A DNA stretch of 64,000 nt, from contig CM074821.1 in the NCBI GenBank assembly GCA_037447605.1, forward strand, positions 124,001-188,000, read 5' to 3'. The translations under genes and the position numbers were made by a program. Shown here piece after piece: positions 1 to 14,606 of this stretch. Position 1 is the first letter of the stretch. Each line of letters begins with the position of its first letter. The notes beneath the pieces were generated by a model. That model was not told where the DNA came from. It was given only the letters and a program-made list of their open reading frames with translations, and made no database searches. This DNA is from Zygnema circumcarinatum SAG 698-1b. Taxonomy: Eukaryota > Plantae > Zygnematophyceae.

Positions 1-6
1 CTGCAG

Positions 7-1821
7 GAGTGGCATCGTGTGCGGAACAGTTCAGGAGAAGAGGGGAGGCAGCGGCAGGCAGTGGTGGACTGCCTGCGGAGCCGCCCAGCGTGGGCACGTC
101 TCCTACCTCCAGACCTCAGAGTGAGTGAGGCTCACTTTATTCTCCTGCACAGCTTCTGAACCTCAGGAGTAGAACTTGCTACAATTCACACTGCCATGTG
201 GATGAGTTGAAGGAGAGGAGCACTGGGGATGATCAATGCATGGCAGTACACGGCTGGCAGTGTTGATGTGTTGCCTTCTTACTGAGCTTGAAAATGAAAT
301 AGCTTCAAGGGGACGCTGCTCTTGGTCTGATCGCCGTTATCAAGAAAGTGGCAATCTCTCGCATAGTCGCACCCACTTCCTATGTTGAGTTCAGGGCGCC
401 CTCAGCACCTGTGTCAGGTGAAGCTGGAGAAAGGGAGGGTGGACGAAGGGTGTTTCTCATTTACTTTTGTGTCTGTCCTGCTGCAGGGGCATCCTGCACC
501 GAAAAGGCGAAGGCACACAGATTTCATGAGTGCTTCGGAATCGAATAGTGAATTAGAAGACGATGAAGTTGAGAACGGGAAGAGAGGCGAGGCCAGGCTT
601 AGAGAGGAGGTGCCTGATGTAGATGAGAAAGTCGTTGTAGAGGAAGAAGAGAGTCAAGACCTTGGAGGAGGAAGAGGAGTGGGAGGAGAAGAAAGTGAAG
701 AGGAGACCAGTCGACCTCCAAAACGGCTTCGAAGCCATGATGAGCATAGCATCGGTCTAAAGGGTAGCTCGGATCGCAAAACGAGAACAGAAGGAGAGTG
801 TATTGCAGGTTTGGAAGATGTTCCGAAGGGCAAACGCAAAGCGCGTCGCCCGAGAGTTCTTGGGACGGAGAATGTATCCGGTGGGAATGACTCGGGGGCA
901 GAGTTTGAACAGGACGAAAGGACGAGGCGGGATGCGAAGGGCAGGCAATGGCAGCATGAGGGCGGAGGAAAGGGAGATAGCAGGGAGCGGTGGGAAGGGA
1001 GGGGGAAGGAGGAGCTGAGGGAGAGGAGAGACGGCGGGCTTAAGCAAGAGAGGAGTGAGCGTGAGCTCCATAAGGAGCGACTCAGTAGGGACAGAGGGAG
1101 AAGGGAGGATGAAAGAAGAGAACGGGACAGAGGGAAAGAGCGAAGAGACAAGGCAGAGCAAGGGGAGCGGCGGAGCCGGGAGAGGAGTGGTGCTGGTGAC
1201 TGGGGAGAAAGGCGGGATAGAGGGGAGAAGACTGACAGGCAGGACCGGCTGAGGAGAGAGGGTTCTGAATGGAAAGGAGGCCATGAAGAGATGGAAGAAC
1301 GAGGAGGACGACAGGGTAGAGTTCGAGAAATGAGTGAAGACAGAGGTGCTCGTAGGGATACTGCAGACAAAGTCGTAAAAGAAGAGAGAAACCTGAGAAA
1401 TCGGGAGGACGACTCCAGAAAGCACCGGAGGAAGGAAAGCGTTGCTGAGGAGATGCGTGAGAAAGGCGAAAGTGGACGACATCGCCCTCCTGCCGCCAAG
1501 CACGACAGTCAGAAGAGGCAGGACAAGAGAGTGCAGGCCCGGGAGGCGGAGGATAGCAAGCACAGAAAGAAGGTGGCGGAGCAGGGAGGGAAGAAGAGCA
1601 CTGAGGAGAGTGATGGAGACCCGGGGGGGAGTCCTAACGACACGGGCGAGGACGGCAGCGACGAGGACGCAGTGAGCAACTTCAGCCAAGAGGACGAGGA
1701 GATGGTGGGCCGCCGCGAGAGTCCGGGGGAGGAGGAAGAGGAGGAAGAAGACGAGGAGGACCCTGAGGAGGAGGAGGAAGGCGAAGCTGCGGGCGAGGGA
1801 GAAACCGCTTCGGAGGATTGA
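7..1821 (+). CDS. 3' part of an unidentified gene; the terminal exon encodes an Arg/Glu/Asp-rich low-complexity tail. The gene starts upstream of the window.
   Basis: Exon 7-120 (ctgcag|EWHRVRNS...LPPDLR|gtgagt). Long stop-free frame to TGA at 1819-1821, probably entered at the ctgcag acceptor at 481-486. No domain recognised. Confidence 0.6.
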
Positions 1822-2002
1822 AATGACATGCGTGTGTGTGCACGATGATCAGCTGCAGTCTTAATCGTAGAAAAGACACTTGAATGTGATGTGATGATCT
1901 TTGTATATAAATATGTTGCCAACGACCTGAAGCGATTTGGAAACGCATCGGTTTGTTTTGTGCTTCAACCAATCACGGCTCCAGTATGCATGCAGGCATG
2001 GG

Positions 2003-2158
2003 TGCATGCATGCATGCATGCATGGCCGCCTCAATCCAAGTTAGTTTCCAGCCGCGCCACATGCTCTATTTCCGTCGTAGTCATGCGGCTCCTGGTCAAG
2101 ACTTGGTCAAAGGACCGGTCAAGTGACTGGTCAAGAGGCAAATCTCCCGCCACGTGGC
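2003..2158. promoter_or_regulatory. Candidate cis-module upstream of PP2C: RY (CATG)n run, four W-boxes and an ABRE/G-box
   Basis: tgcatgcatgcatgcatgcatg at 2003-2024; GGTCAA (reverse TTGACC) at 2094, 2105, 2117 and 2129; CACGTGGC at 2151-2158. Confidence 0.35.
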
Positions 2159-3206
2159 GCCCCCTACCTGCCCCGGTCGGTGGCAGACTGGCAGCCCCCC
2201 GCGCCCGCCGCCCACGCCCACCACGTCACCTCTGCGACCCGTTTCCGCGAACCGTCTGGTCTGCCGATTCTCGGATGACATGGCAGGTCTGACGCCGACC
2301 TGGCACGTCACTTGCCACATGGCTGCTACTGATTGGTCTGGGCCTCCCCCCAACGGCCCTCCGCGCCTTCCGCGCAGGTCCGCGCGAGCAGCCGCCGCCA
2401 ACTGGCGCGCAGCGAATCAAGCTCGGCCAATGCGCGACGTGGTTTACACGTGTGTGAGTCGAGCCAGGACCGAACGGGGCCGTCGAGGGCCGCCCTGACA
2501 AGCCAGCGATCGGACGGACGAGAGTGGGCGGTACCGATTCTGAGAGGCTGATATCGGGACCGCTGCAGAGCCTCGTCAGCGCGTGCGCCCAGCGCGGGCC
2601 ACGGACGTATTTGGGCCGTCGATTGGGAAACTGAGGCCAATCTTAACCGTCCGTATGTGCATTCTCACACCTGCGGGGCTTGTCGGCGCCAAACGGCCCC
2701 CTTGTGTTGTACCGCACGCAACGGCAACGCGGCGGCGCTTGGCAGTCGGTCGGCGCGGGGGTGAGGGGGAGGGGGGAGAGGAAGAGGGGGAGGGAGAGAG
2801 GAGCAGAGGAAGTGGGAGCGAGGTAGGGAGAAAGAGAGAAGAGAGAGGCGCAGAGGGAGAGGAAGAGCGGGAGAGCGGGAGAAAGAAGAGCAGACGGAGT
2901 GGGAGAGAGGAGAGAGGGAGAGAAGATAGCAGAGGGATAGGGAGCGAGGGAGAGAGTGGAGCAGAGGGAGAGGGAGAGAGAGTAGCAGAGGGAGTGAGGG
3001 AGAGAGAGGAGCAGGGTGGGAGGGAGGGAGAGGAGAAGATTGAGAGGGAGAAAGTGGGAGAGGAGTGGGTTAATGCACGGATAGGGAAGGGAGTGAAATA
3101 CGGGGAAGGGGTAGAGGACGAAAGCGGTGGGAGGGGCGATAGAACGTGAGGGTACAGAGTGAGAAGAACAAGTGAAGGTGGGAGGAGGTGCAGTAGAGAA
3201 GCAGCC

Positions 3207-5298
3207 ATGGTGAAGCAATACCTACGCATTCGCGAGTACTTCCACGGCCGGCACGACTGCCAGCGGCACCAGCAGAAGCAGGCGGAGGCCATGGGGGACA
3301 TCGCGAGGCGGCTTGTGGCCGTTAAGAAGGAGGACGCTATAGCGAACAAGGAGAATGCAGGGCGGGCGATTGGTGAGTCCTCTTGCAGTCCGATATTTAT
3401 TAAAAATATATATATATATGTATATTGTTTTGTAGTTTTCTTCAACACAGCTGAATGTAAAGGCCATGCATTGGGATTCGTTGGCATTTGAATTACACTA
3501 TGAATTCGATAAGGTAGTAGCCCTATTCGTGATCAAATCATTTATTAATCGATGAATTAAGCATAGTTAAAACAGCCAAACCACAGAAGGCAGACCAGTT
3601 GACTAATTATTTCAAGCCCTCCAACGTTGCTTGAGTGTCCGCAGTGTTGAAGCGGCAGTTCTCGCAGGAGAAGCTGCTCCTTGTGAAGCAGCACGATGAA
3701 GCGCTCGCTCGCCTTCCAAACCGCATGGTGGGAGAGGGCTCTCTCACAGCCTCCTCCTTATACTCTCTGCGAGGGAGGCGAGGCATCAACCAGGATACCA
3801 TGGTTGTGTGGGAGGTAAACCTCCTCAAACCCCAAAAATGCCTCTTATCTATGCGCCCCGGCCCCCCTCCCCTGTCCTTCCTTATTCTTATTCCTAAGCT
3901 TCCTGCTTCTCTGTGTTTCCACGTTCAAGGTTTCAAATGCTTTCCTTGAACGTGCCGATTGCCTGTCCACATGTTCCCTTGTTTGACCGCTTTGCACAAC
4001 TTCCGGTCTCCTTGCAGGGGTTCAGCAGCCCCGAGAGCAGTCTGTTCGCGGGCGTGTTCGACGGGCAGGGTCTCTGCGGGCACTTAGTCTCCCACCGCGT
4101 GCGCGACTCGCTGCCCACTCTCCTCGCGGCGAAGTTCGTGGCGGCGTGCGAGGCGGAGCGGCGGCTGCTGGAGGGCATAGCGGAGGAGGCGCGGGCCATG
4201 GAGCTGGAGGAGAAGCTGCTCGAACTGTGGCAGAAGGCGCACGAAACAAGCTTCAAGCTGCTCGATTCCGAGCTCCGGCAGCATCCGCTGCTTGAAGGCG
4301 CAGAAAGTGGAGCGGACGTCATAACGGCGCTCGTGCAGGTAGGAGAAAATGAAATCTCTCTGGGAGGGACAAGCGAAGGGGTTCTCGGTCTTTAGTTGTC
4401 CATTGCGTTGTGCTTCCTGCTTGAGTGAGAGTTGTTGGGATGCTGCTTGTTGGAAGCAGGACCATCATCTCATCGTTTCGAGTATCGGGGATTCCCATTG
4501 CGTTTTGGCGTGTGCTGGGGACGACGGTCGGCTGATGGCCCACCACATTACAGCAAATGAGAGAGCAGGTAGCGAACGATGTACTAATGCTTGTCAATGC
4601 TCTATCTGAATTTATATTGGTAGCCGAGACAAAGCTTTGGTCGCGTGTCTTAGTCTTACCTAGTTTGTGCCACTGCCAGCATTTGAGTTGGAGAAACTTT
4701 CTGCTGAAGCTTCATGAAGTGGGTTCCCTGGCAGAACCAAGGTATTCCGTCAATGGACGAGGGGGGGAGCAGCTTTCCAGCCAGATGATGCCTTGGCCTG
4801 CCGTCACAAGAAGCCTCGGAAGCGGACCCCAAAGTGATCAGGGCCATCACTTGCATCCTCAGATGTTTCACAGACCGCTTGAAGCAAACGACGAGTTTTG
4901 CATCCTCGCGTCCGACGGGGTAGGTTTCTCTGTCTCCTTTGTTACTAAGCGACTCCTGTCTCCTACTCTCAAACAGGCACTTGTTTAATTACTCTGTAGG
5001 TCCTGCATGGCTGCTCACTGGCGCCTTTTTGTGCAATAGAGAGTTAAAAGTGTTGCAGAGTTAATCTTTTCGACGGTGCTTCTCTTGGTCTGTGCAGCTG
5101 TGGAACGTGTTGGAGGGCCAAGAGGCTGTTGATATTGTGGCCTCCTCTACGGGGCCGTCCGGTGCTGCCAAAGCGTTGGTGAGCGCAGCAGAGAGGAGAT
5201 GGGCGGAGGGGTTTCCGCAGTGCCCTCGGGACGACATCACCGCTGTGGTGGTATTTCTGGCCCACTTAAGACCCCCGCCGGAGGAGGACTACTTATAA
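3207..5298 (+). CDS. PP2C-family protein phosphatase, clade-E-like, divergent; about 6 exons
   Basis: Exons 3207-3372, 3645-3814 (RGINQDTMVVWE), 4018-4338 (GVFDGQG...), 4460-4568 (IGDS), ~4620/4730-4920 (CILASDG; acceptor uncertain) and ~5098-5298 (RDDITAVVVFL). Canonical splice sites. Confidence 0.9.
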
Positions 5299-6235
5299 CA
5301 TTGCTTCACTTGACGCTTTTGAATTGAAGGGCTATAGCATTATATATGCCAAGTTTTTAGAATAGAAATCATTCTTTATTCTTACAAACAGTTATATAGG
5401 AGCTGAAGGCTTACAATGTCGAATGCTAGGAATCATTCTATATTCTTGTGTTAAGGTGTGTTAATGTTTTCATGGGGCGAGACGGTGCAATAAAGGAAGT
5501 GGTGGGCCTTAGGTGGTCCTGCAGTACAGCAGTTTGACAGGGCGGTTAGAACATGGGCGCTCTTATTAGACCTGGGAAGGTTGCAGGATGGGCGGCACGC
5601 TGCATGGACCCATGCATGGCCGTCCATGGGGCATGGATATGCATGCATAGGATGGGCGTTAGTGGTGGCTTGGACGTGAATGCAACAGCCATTGCACAAT
5701 TCCATTTATTTGACAAAGACAAGCAGAATTTCCCTCGTAAAGCTCAATGGGGTATGATGTATGGATGTGTGCTGCGTGTGTAACGTAGGCGGAAAGTTTT
5801 GAAGGGGGGTTGAATTCCTTTTCAGAGGCCATAATACACTACCAATGCAACCATATACCTGGGATGTTGAATGCAAAAAATTGAACTGAACTGGCGCAGC
5901 ACTGATTCATGCCCTTCAAATGCCCTGCTCAAACACTAAAAGTTACAAGAGCAGAAAGGGGTGCTGTACAGCAGCATTGAGAAGCAACAATCTGGAAGGA
6001 TTTGATTACAGAAATGACTGAAGCTTCAGCCACAGAAGCTGCCAGCTGCCATACATTACAAAAGCAAAATTTCGGCCAATGGTTGCTGCGTTCGGTAAGC
6101 TACATGATTTGCGGCGCCTCGAACTTCCGGAGTCCTACCTGTTCAGTGCTATTCTGACTGCAAAAGCCTAAAGTTCGACTTTGCAGGGAGGTGAATTCGA
6201 ATGACCAAAAGTGATGAGAAGCTACGTCTATTGCT

Positions 6236-7084
6236 TTATTCATAAGGAATCTGAATGTAGGCAGCATCCGAAACAAAGGGTACATCTGCGTAGCAGCCAC
6301 GCAAGGCGCAGATAATGCATTGAATAACAGTGAAAAGGAAGGCAAATGAGACAGCCATCCAGAAGTGCGCGCTGAGCCTTCCCCAATACAACGACTCGGG
6401 TATCCAATCGTTCATTGTGCCCACCACCTGCAGAAATATCTCCAGCAGCACACCGGTAATAAAGTGAAACCGCACAAAATGGGGCCATCGGTTGTTCCGC
6501 ACGATGCCGAGAAAAGTTGCAAAAAAGTACGCCAGCACGAACCACCCGGGAAGATGTCCCAACATCTCAAAAAAGGGCTCTGAGAGTTCTTCATAGAGCT
6601 CCAGCGCAGGATGGACATTGTATGCCGTCTCAGAATACAGCCAGCCTTCACACAGCGGAAGAATGTAGGGCACCACAGCCAGCATCCGCCAGTAGAAAGC
6701 AGGCTTTGTCTGCATAGGAGGAAAGCCCTTGAACGATGGAACATCGCTGTCATCCGCCGCCCTGACTTTCCCACCGCGTCGTCGCTCGAGCTGTGTCTGA
6801 ACTCCTGAAAACCCTAATCCAAATGCGAGCCGAATTCCCTGTGCTCTGCATGAAAGAGGAGAAGAGATAAAAGCGCTGGGATGGGAGGGAGAGGTTTCGC
6901 TTCTAGGGAAGGGAGCTCTGCAGGAAGTTGCTCGTAAAGAGATTTGGGAAGAGCAGGAAGAGGATAGAGGGCGCAGCGATACAGAATGCTTCGGCTGCGC
7001 GCAGCCATGGCTGCGGACGCGGAGCTGCAGAGCGCCGGGAGCAGCGGAGGCAGCCATGGCGGTCTGCAAGACGGCGGCAGCCAT
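6236..7084 (-). CDS. TIC20: Chloroplast inner-envelope translocon subunit TIC20-I-type, with transit peptide; intronless
   Basis: FPPMQTKPAFYWRMLAVVPYILPL, WPHFVRFH and YADVPFVSDAAYIQIPYE match the TIC20-I family. Ala/Ser-rich N-terminus from ATG 7084. Confidence 0.95.
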   Translation of the reverse strand: MAAAVLQTAMAASAAPGALQLRVRSHGCAQPKHSVSLRPLSSSCSSQISLRATSCRAPFPRSETSPSHPSAFISSPLSCRAQGIRLAFGLGFSGVQTQLERRRGGKVRAADDSDVPSFKGFPPMQTKPAFYWRMLAVVPYILPLCEGWLYSETAYNVHPALELYEELSEPFFEMLGHLPGWFVLAYFFATFLGIVRNNRWPHFVRFHFITGVLLEIFLQVVGTMNDWIPESLYWGRLSAHFWMAVSFAFLFTVIQCIICALRGCYADVPFVSDAAYIQIPYE

Positions 7085-8233
7085 GGCTGCGCTCTGAGAC
7101 GAGGCCGAGGGAAAGCGGATAGGGCCCGCCAAACCCTAACGGTGACGTGGAGATCAACGTCCCACGTGGCACTCTCCACTGCTCACTAGCCGTTGAGACC
7201 TTGATGCTGATTGGCGAGTCCACGCGGCCATATCCGGATCAACTTCTGGGTCAACGTTCTGAACTCCGTGTGGCACTAGAGCATCGAGCGGTCTACGCGA
7301 TATGTAACTGAGCGCAAGGAAACAACAGATTCCTGTGATTCCATGCACATAGAACATAGAGCTCGCTGTAGAACGGTATCCAGCATTGTCGTTTGGCTCG
7401 AGTTGCCCCAACATGCGTTGTCACAACATAGGCCGCATGATGGGCCGCGCATCAGCATGAGACATGGCCATGGGCAACATGTTGGCAGACCTAGAAGCTG
7501 GCTTCATTGCGAGCCCTTTCAAGCTTTTCTTCCTTTCATTTGTGGGTCATCCGCGACCGCTCACATTGAGTCCACTCATTGCCTTTTCCCACGTCCATTT
7601 TATGACATCGCCACGGCGAGACCAATGCCAGTCTCAATTCTTTCACTTTACATTCAATGGCATGGGGCGAACTGGGTCTTTGATTGAAGCTGTGCTTCTT
7701 CAAAGTACCCTCAATGGGTACCCGCCATGCTCCGACTCACAAAGCTCACGCAATACACAATGTCTGGGATTTCGTCCACAGTAGTGCTTCCCATTAAAGT
7801 CTCCCGCGAGAGCTGCAGTGCCTGCCATGAGGCCATGAGAGCACCGCCATTCTTTTTGGCGTTCCTCCCCATGGACGTCGACAGACCCCTCCACATCCTC
7901 CCCGCAACACGAAGCTTCTTTTCACTTCGCGAATCCTATTTATATGCGCCTGTTTTCGTGTTGGGGCTACCGCACTCCGACTGTCGAACACTACACTCTT
8001 CAGGACACTCAAACTTATTCCAAAATAAACTAGAACTTGGAGAAACGCGTGGACAAGCCTTATTCCTCAACACGGAAGATGAATGTTATGTGCATGGATG
8101 ATGATGGCGTTTGAAGTAAACCACGAGTGACTTCTGTGCTGTTTCCGCTTGCCCCCATCGCTTCTCGACGACCTCAACTCCACGAGAAAGGTGATGATGG
8201 CTCCATTCCCGCATGTGCGCCGGCAACATATCC

Positions 8234-11481
<3,248 letters not shown>

Positions 11482-11986
11482 CCTCCCTCTCTCTCCGTCT
11501 CTCTCTCGCTTACTTCCCCGGTCTTCTCCTTATCGAGCTTCTTCTCAGCCTTCCACTGTCCTTCTCTCGCACTCCAACGCTTCTGTTACTGTCTCTCCAC
11601 TGCCCTCTCTCCGCCTCTCTCGCCATTCCTCCTTTTGCAAAACAGGGAATCGACCATCATAACTTTTTCCTCCCCTTCTCTCTCTCTCTCTGGAGCCTTT
11701 TGCCCGTCCCTCAACTATTCCTCTCCTCCCCTCTCCTCTCCCTTCCGTGCACCTCCCTCTCCCCCTCCCTCCCTCCCGCCCTCCCGCCCTCCGTGACGTC
11801 TCGCCTTCCTCCCTCCGCTGCGCGCCACTCCGCCACTTAAAGCGCGGCGGCGCGGTCCAGTGAGCGCGCGGCCGCACCGCCAGCTCGGACAGTCACGCCA
11901 CGTAGGACGTTCCATGTGCCACCATGAACGACGGGGAATGTGGAACCAGTCACAGGCACGGTCAACGGAACGAACATAACATACAG

Positions 11987-12022
11987 CACGGTACCGTACA
12001 CACCTATGTGTACGGTACCGTG
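11987..12022. promoter_or_regulatory. Perfect 16-bp inverted repeat in the lipase/microprotein divergent promoter
   Basis: cacggtaccgtacaca-ccta-tgtgtacggtaccgtg. Confidence 0.7.
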
Positions 12023-12136
12023 TAGGGTGAAGTACAGTACTGTACCGTATGATAAGGGTGCTGTACAGAGGCGGATGGGCCTGGCGAGTGCGCCAAGCGG
12101 CTTGGGGCGTGCGCGTATTGGCCGAGGGAAGGAGCC

Positions 12137-13067
12137 ATGGCGGCGCGCGAGGAGGAACAGCAGCAGGTGAGCCGAGAGGGGGTGCTGGAGGAGGGGGAGG
12201 GGGAGGGAAGGGGGGGGGGGAAGGAGCCTAAGGAGAGGGAAGGGCATCGTGGATTCAGCACAATTTGAGAACCCTGGTTTCCTTAGAGGCCGGAAAACCT
12301 TGTAAAGCATGCAGACTTCCCTAAATTCAACAGGTTTTAGGAAACTGAGTACGCTACGCAGAATTCTCGAAACGTAAATCCCTGGAAATTTTCACACGGC
12401 ATGGGAATCTCATTTAAAACTAATTAACTTAGAATTCTAGACACAAGGGCCGCAACATTTTATCGAAATCAAAAATTTAAAATTCTTGAGTATTCAAACC
12501 TCCAAAAGATGCGAACCATTGGAAAACTTGAAAACTTGAATCACTAGGGTTCAGGGCTAGGGCTGAACACACCGCGTGTACATCAAGTTCAAATCAAGAA
12601 GAATTGCCTATAAAAGGAACAGAGTAGAGCAGCAGAAAATTGCAATGTGACAGAAGATGCATTCTAATTTTTTAAGAAGCATGTGATGTATGTAACCAGT
12701 CTTTGGACGATGCATGAAAGGACGGAGCAGCTTAAGCGGCCGTGAAGAAGCAACCTTAAACGAGTTCTTTCCTATGCTACTTTTCTGAACCAAATTTACA
12801 AGCTTTACTTTGTGCCACATTATGTAGCCCATGATTGATACATTGGACTATATGGCTTCATCATCCAAGAATTCCAATTGCGTGTATCTCATCTTCTATC
12901 CAGGGCGACAGAAGAGTCAGCCCTAACTCGAATGCGGCAACACCTGCGCCGCCAAAGCCCTTTTCTTTGAGGGCGACTCCACTAAAGCGCACATTCCCCA
13001 AGCTGGAACTTAGCCAGAATGAGGAGGAGCGCTCAAGATTCAACCTGTTGCAGGTCGGCAGTCATGG

Positions 13068-13114
<47 letters not shown>

Positions 13115-13487
13115 CCCACCGCCCGTCACCCACTCCGCCCGCGCGCACCCCCTCTCTCTCCCTCTCCCTTCCTCGTAGGATTGTTCAAGTTCTTCTGAAC
13201 ACTCTGTTATGCTTGTTAATATGGATATTTCTCATTGACTGTGTACATTCTGTGTAGATGGGGAAGTATCTTGTACAACTTGACCCGTTTCTCTTCTTAC
13301 TCATTTGCAGTACCAGTTGAAAATTTGCATACGGAATTTTTAACCAGCAACTGCCAAGTTTCTTTTTGGGCAGGTGTACATAATGGCTGCACTCCTGGTG
13401 GGCCGTTGGGCATGGTATAAAGTGAAGCGGAGAAGAGAAGATGCAAGGGGAAGGCGAGCCGAAAATGATAACAATCCCGAGGGCTAA
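12137..13487 (+). CDS. 97-aa protein with one C-terminal hydrophobic segment followed by a basic tail; 3 exons
   Basis: Exons 12137-12166 (MAAREEEQQQ|gtgagc), 12904-13053 (GDRR...RFNLLQ|gt) and 13374-13487 (VYIMAALLVGRWAWYKVKRRRE...*). All junctions are phase 0 with canonical sites; GCC-ATG-G start context. Confidence 0.75.
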
Positions 13488-14033
13488 AATCTCAGTTTTA
13501 TATGACACAACCTTTAGACTAGCACATAACCTGTTTTTGTCCCTTAGACTAGGAAGTGTAAATCCCAGCTTGGAATTCTACACCGGTTAGGTCTTGCCAA
13601 ACGAGCCGAAGCTGCAAGCTTAGGGCCGTGACAGAATGTTCTCATGTCTCTCCTTCCCTCTCCTTCGCCCCTGCTCGCTGCCTCCCTTGTTACGTTTCGT
13701 TCGCCTCTCATCATGTGACCTTTGACACATCCCCCGTTGGACATGGACTGTGGCGGGCTCTGCGCCATGACCAGCTGTTTGGAACACGAAGATGCATCCG
13801 TACTCTTGCCGCTGTTGTCTCATGGTTTGCGGTATGCAACTGACATCATGGAGGCTGAACTAGACTAGTTTCTTCAATGGAATGGAACGGAAGAAAAGAG
13901 GAACCTACCTATAGCACTGAACAAGTCAAATGAACAATGTCCAAGCAAGAGAAGAAGTGACGAGCAGAACGAAAGAAACGAACCTACATCAAATGAAATA
14001 ATCAAACCAAACCCAACAGTCGAGACTACAGTA

Positions 14034-14230
14034 GGGGAGTCAGTCGACCATCGCTTACGAAATTCCCGAATTCCTCATACTAAAAAGTCACGTCTTTCGT
14101 GTACGGATTCCAGGTAGGGATCCGCGGCTCCGCCGAGCCCAGCCGTACCGAAATGCGCACCTAGCCAATGCTTAATTCGCCCGACAGGCATACGAAATTG
14201 ATTTGGCGATGGTCAAGGTCTGACTCCCCC
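14034..14230. mobile_element. MITE copy 1 (197 bp) with terminal inverted repeats, TA on both flanks
   Basis: 5' GGGGAGTCAGTCGACCATCGC ... 3' GCGATGGTCAAGGTCTGACTCCCCC; similar to copy 2 along its whole length. Confidence 0.8.
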
Positions 14231-14406
14231 TAATAGGTAGACAGCCTAAGCTTAACCACACTAATCTAAATTAGACGGAGTAACAGCAGTGCAGCCGCCC
14301 GCCAATGAGGCCTGCACAGGACGCGAGCGCCCTCCACAACGGAGAAGCAAGGACCAATGGCCATTTGCCACGTGCACGTGATTGCATATGTGGCGAGTAG
14401 TCATTA

Positions 14407-14606
14407 GGGAGAGTCAGATATTGTCCATGGCTGTACTAAATTCCCGAATTTAGTATACTAAAAGTCGAAGTTTCGTGTACGAATTCCGGGTCGGGATCAG
14501 CGCCTCCGCCGTACACAGCCATACCGAAATGGGTACCTGGCCAATGCTTAATTCGCCCGACAGGCTTACTAAATTGATTTGGCAATGGTCAATGTCTGAC
14601 TCCCCC
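14407..14606. mobile_element. MITE copy 2 (200 bp), same family and orientation, TA on both flanks
   Basis: 5' GGGAGAGTCAGATATTGTCCATGGC ... 3' GGCAATGGTCAATGTCTGACTCCCCC; shares the internal stretch gccaatgcttaattcgcccgacaggc with copy 1. Confidence 0.8.
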
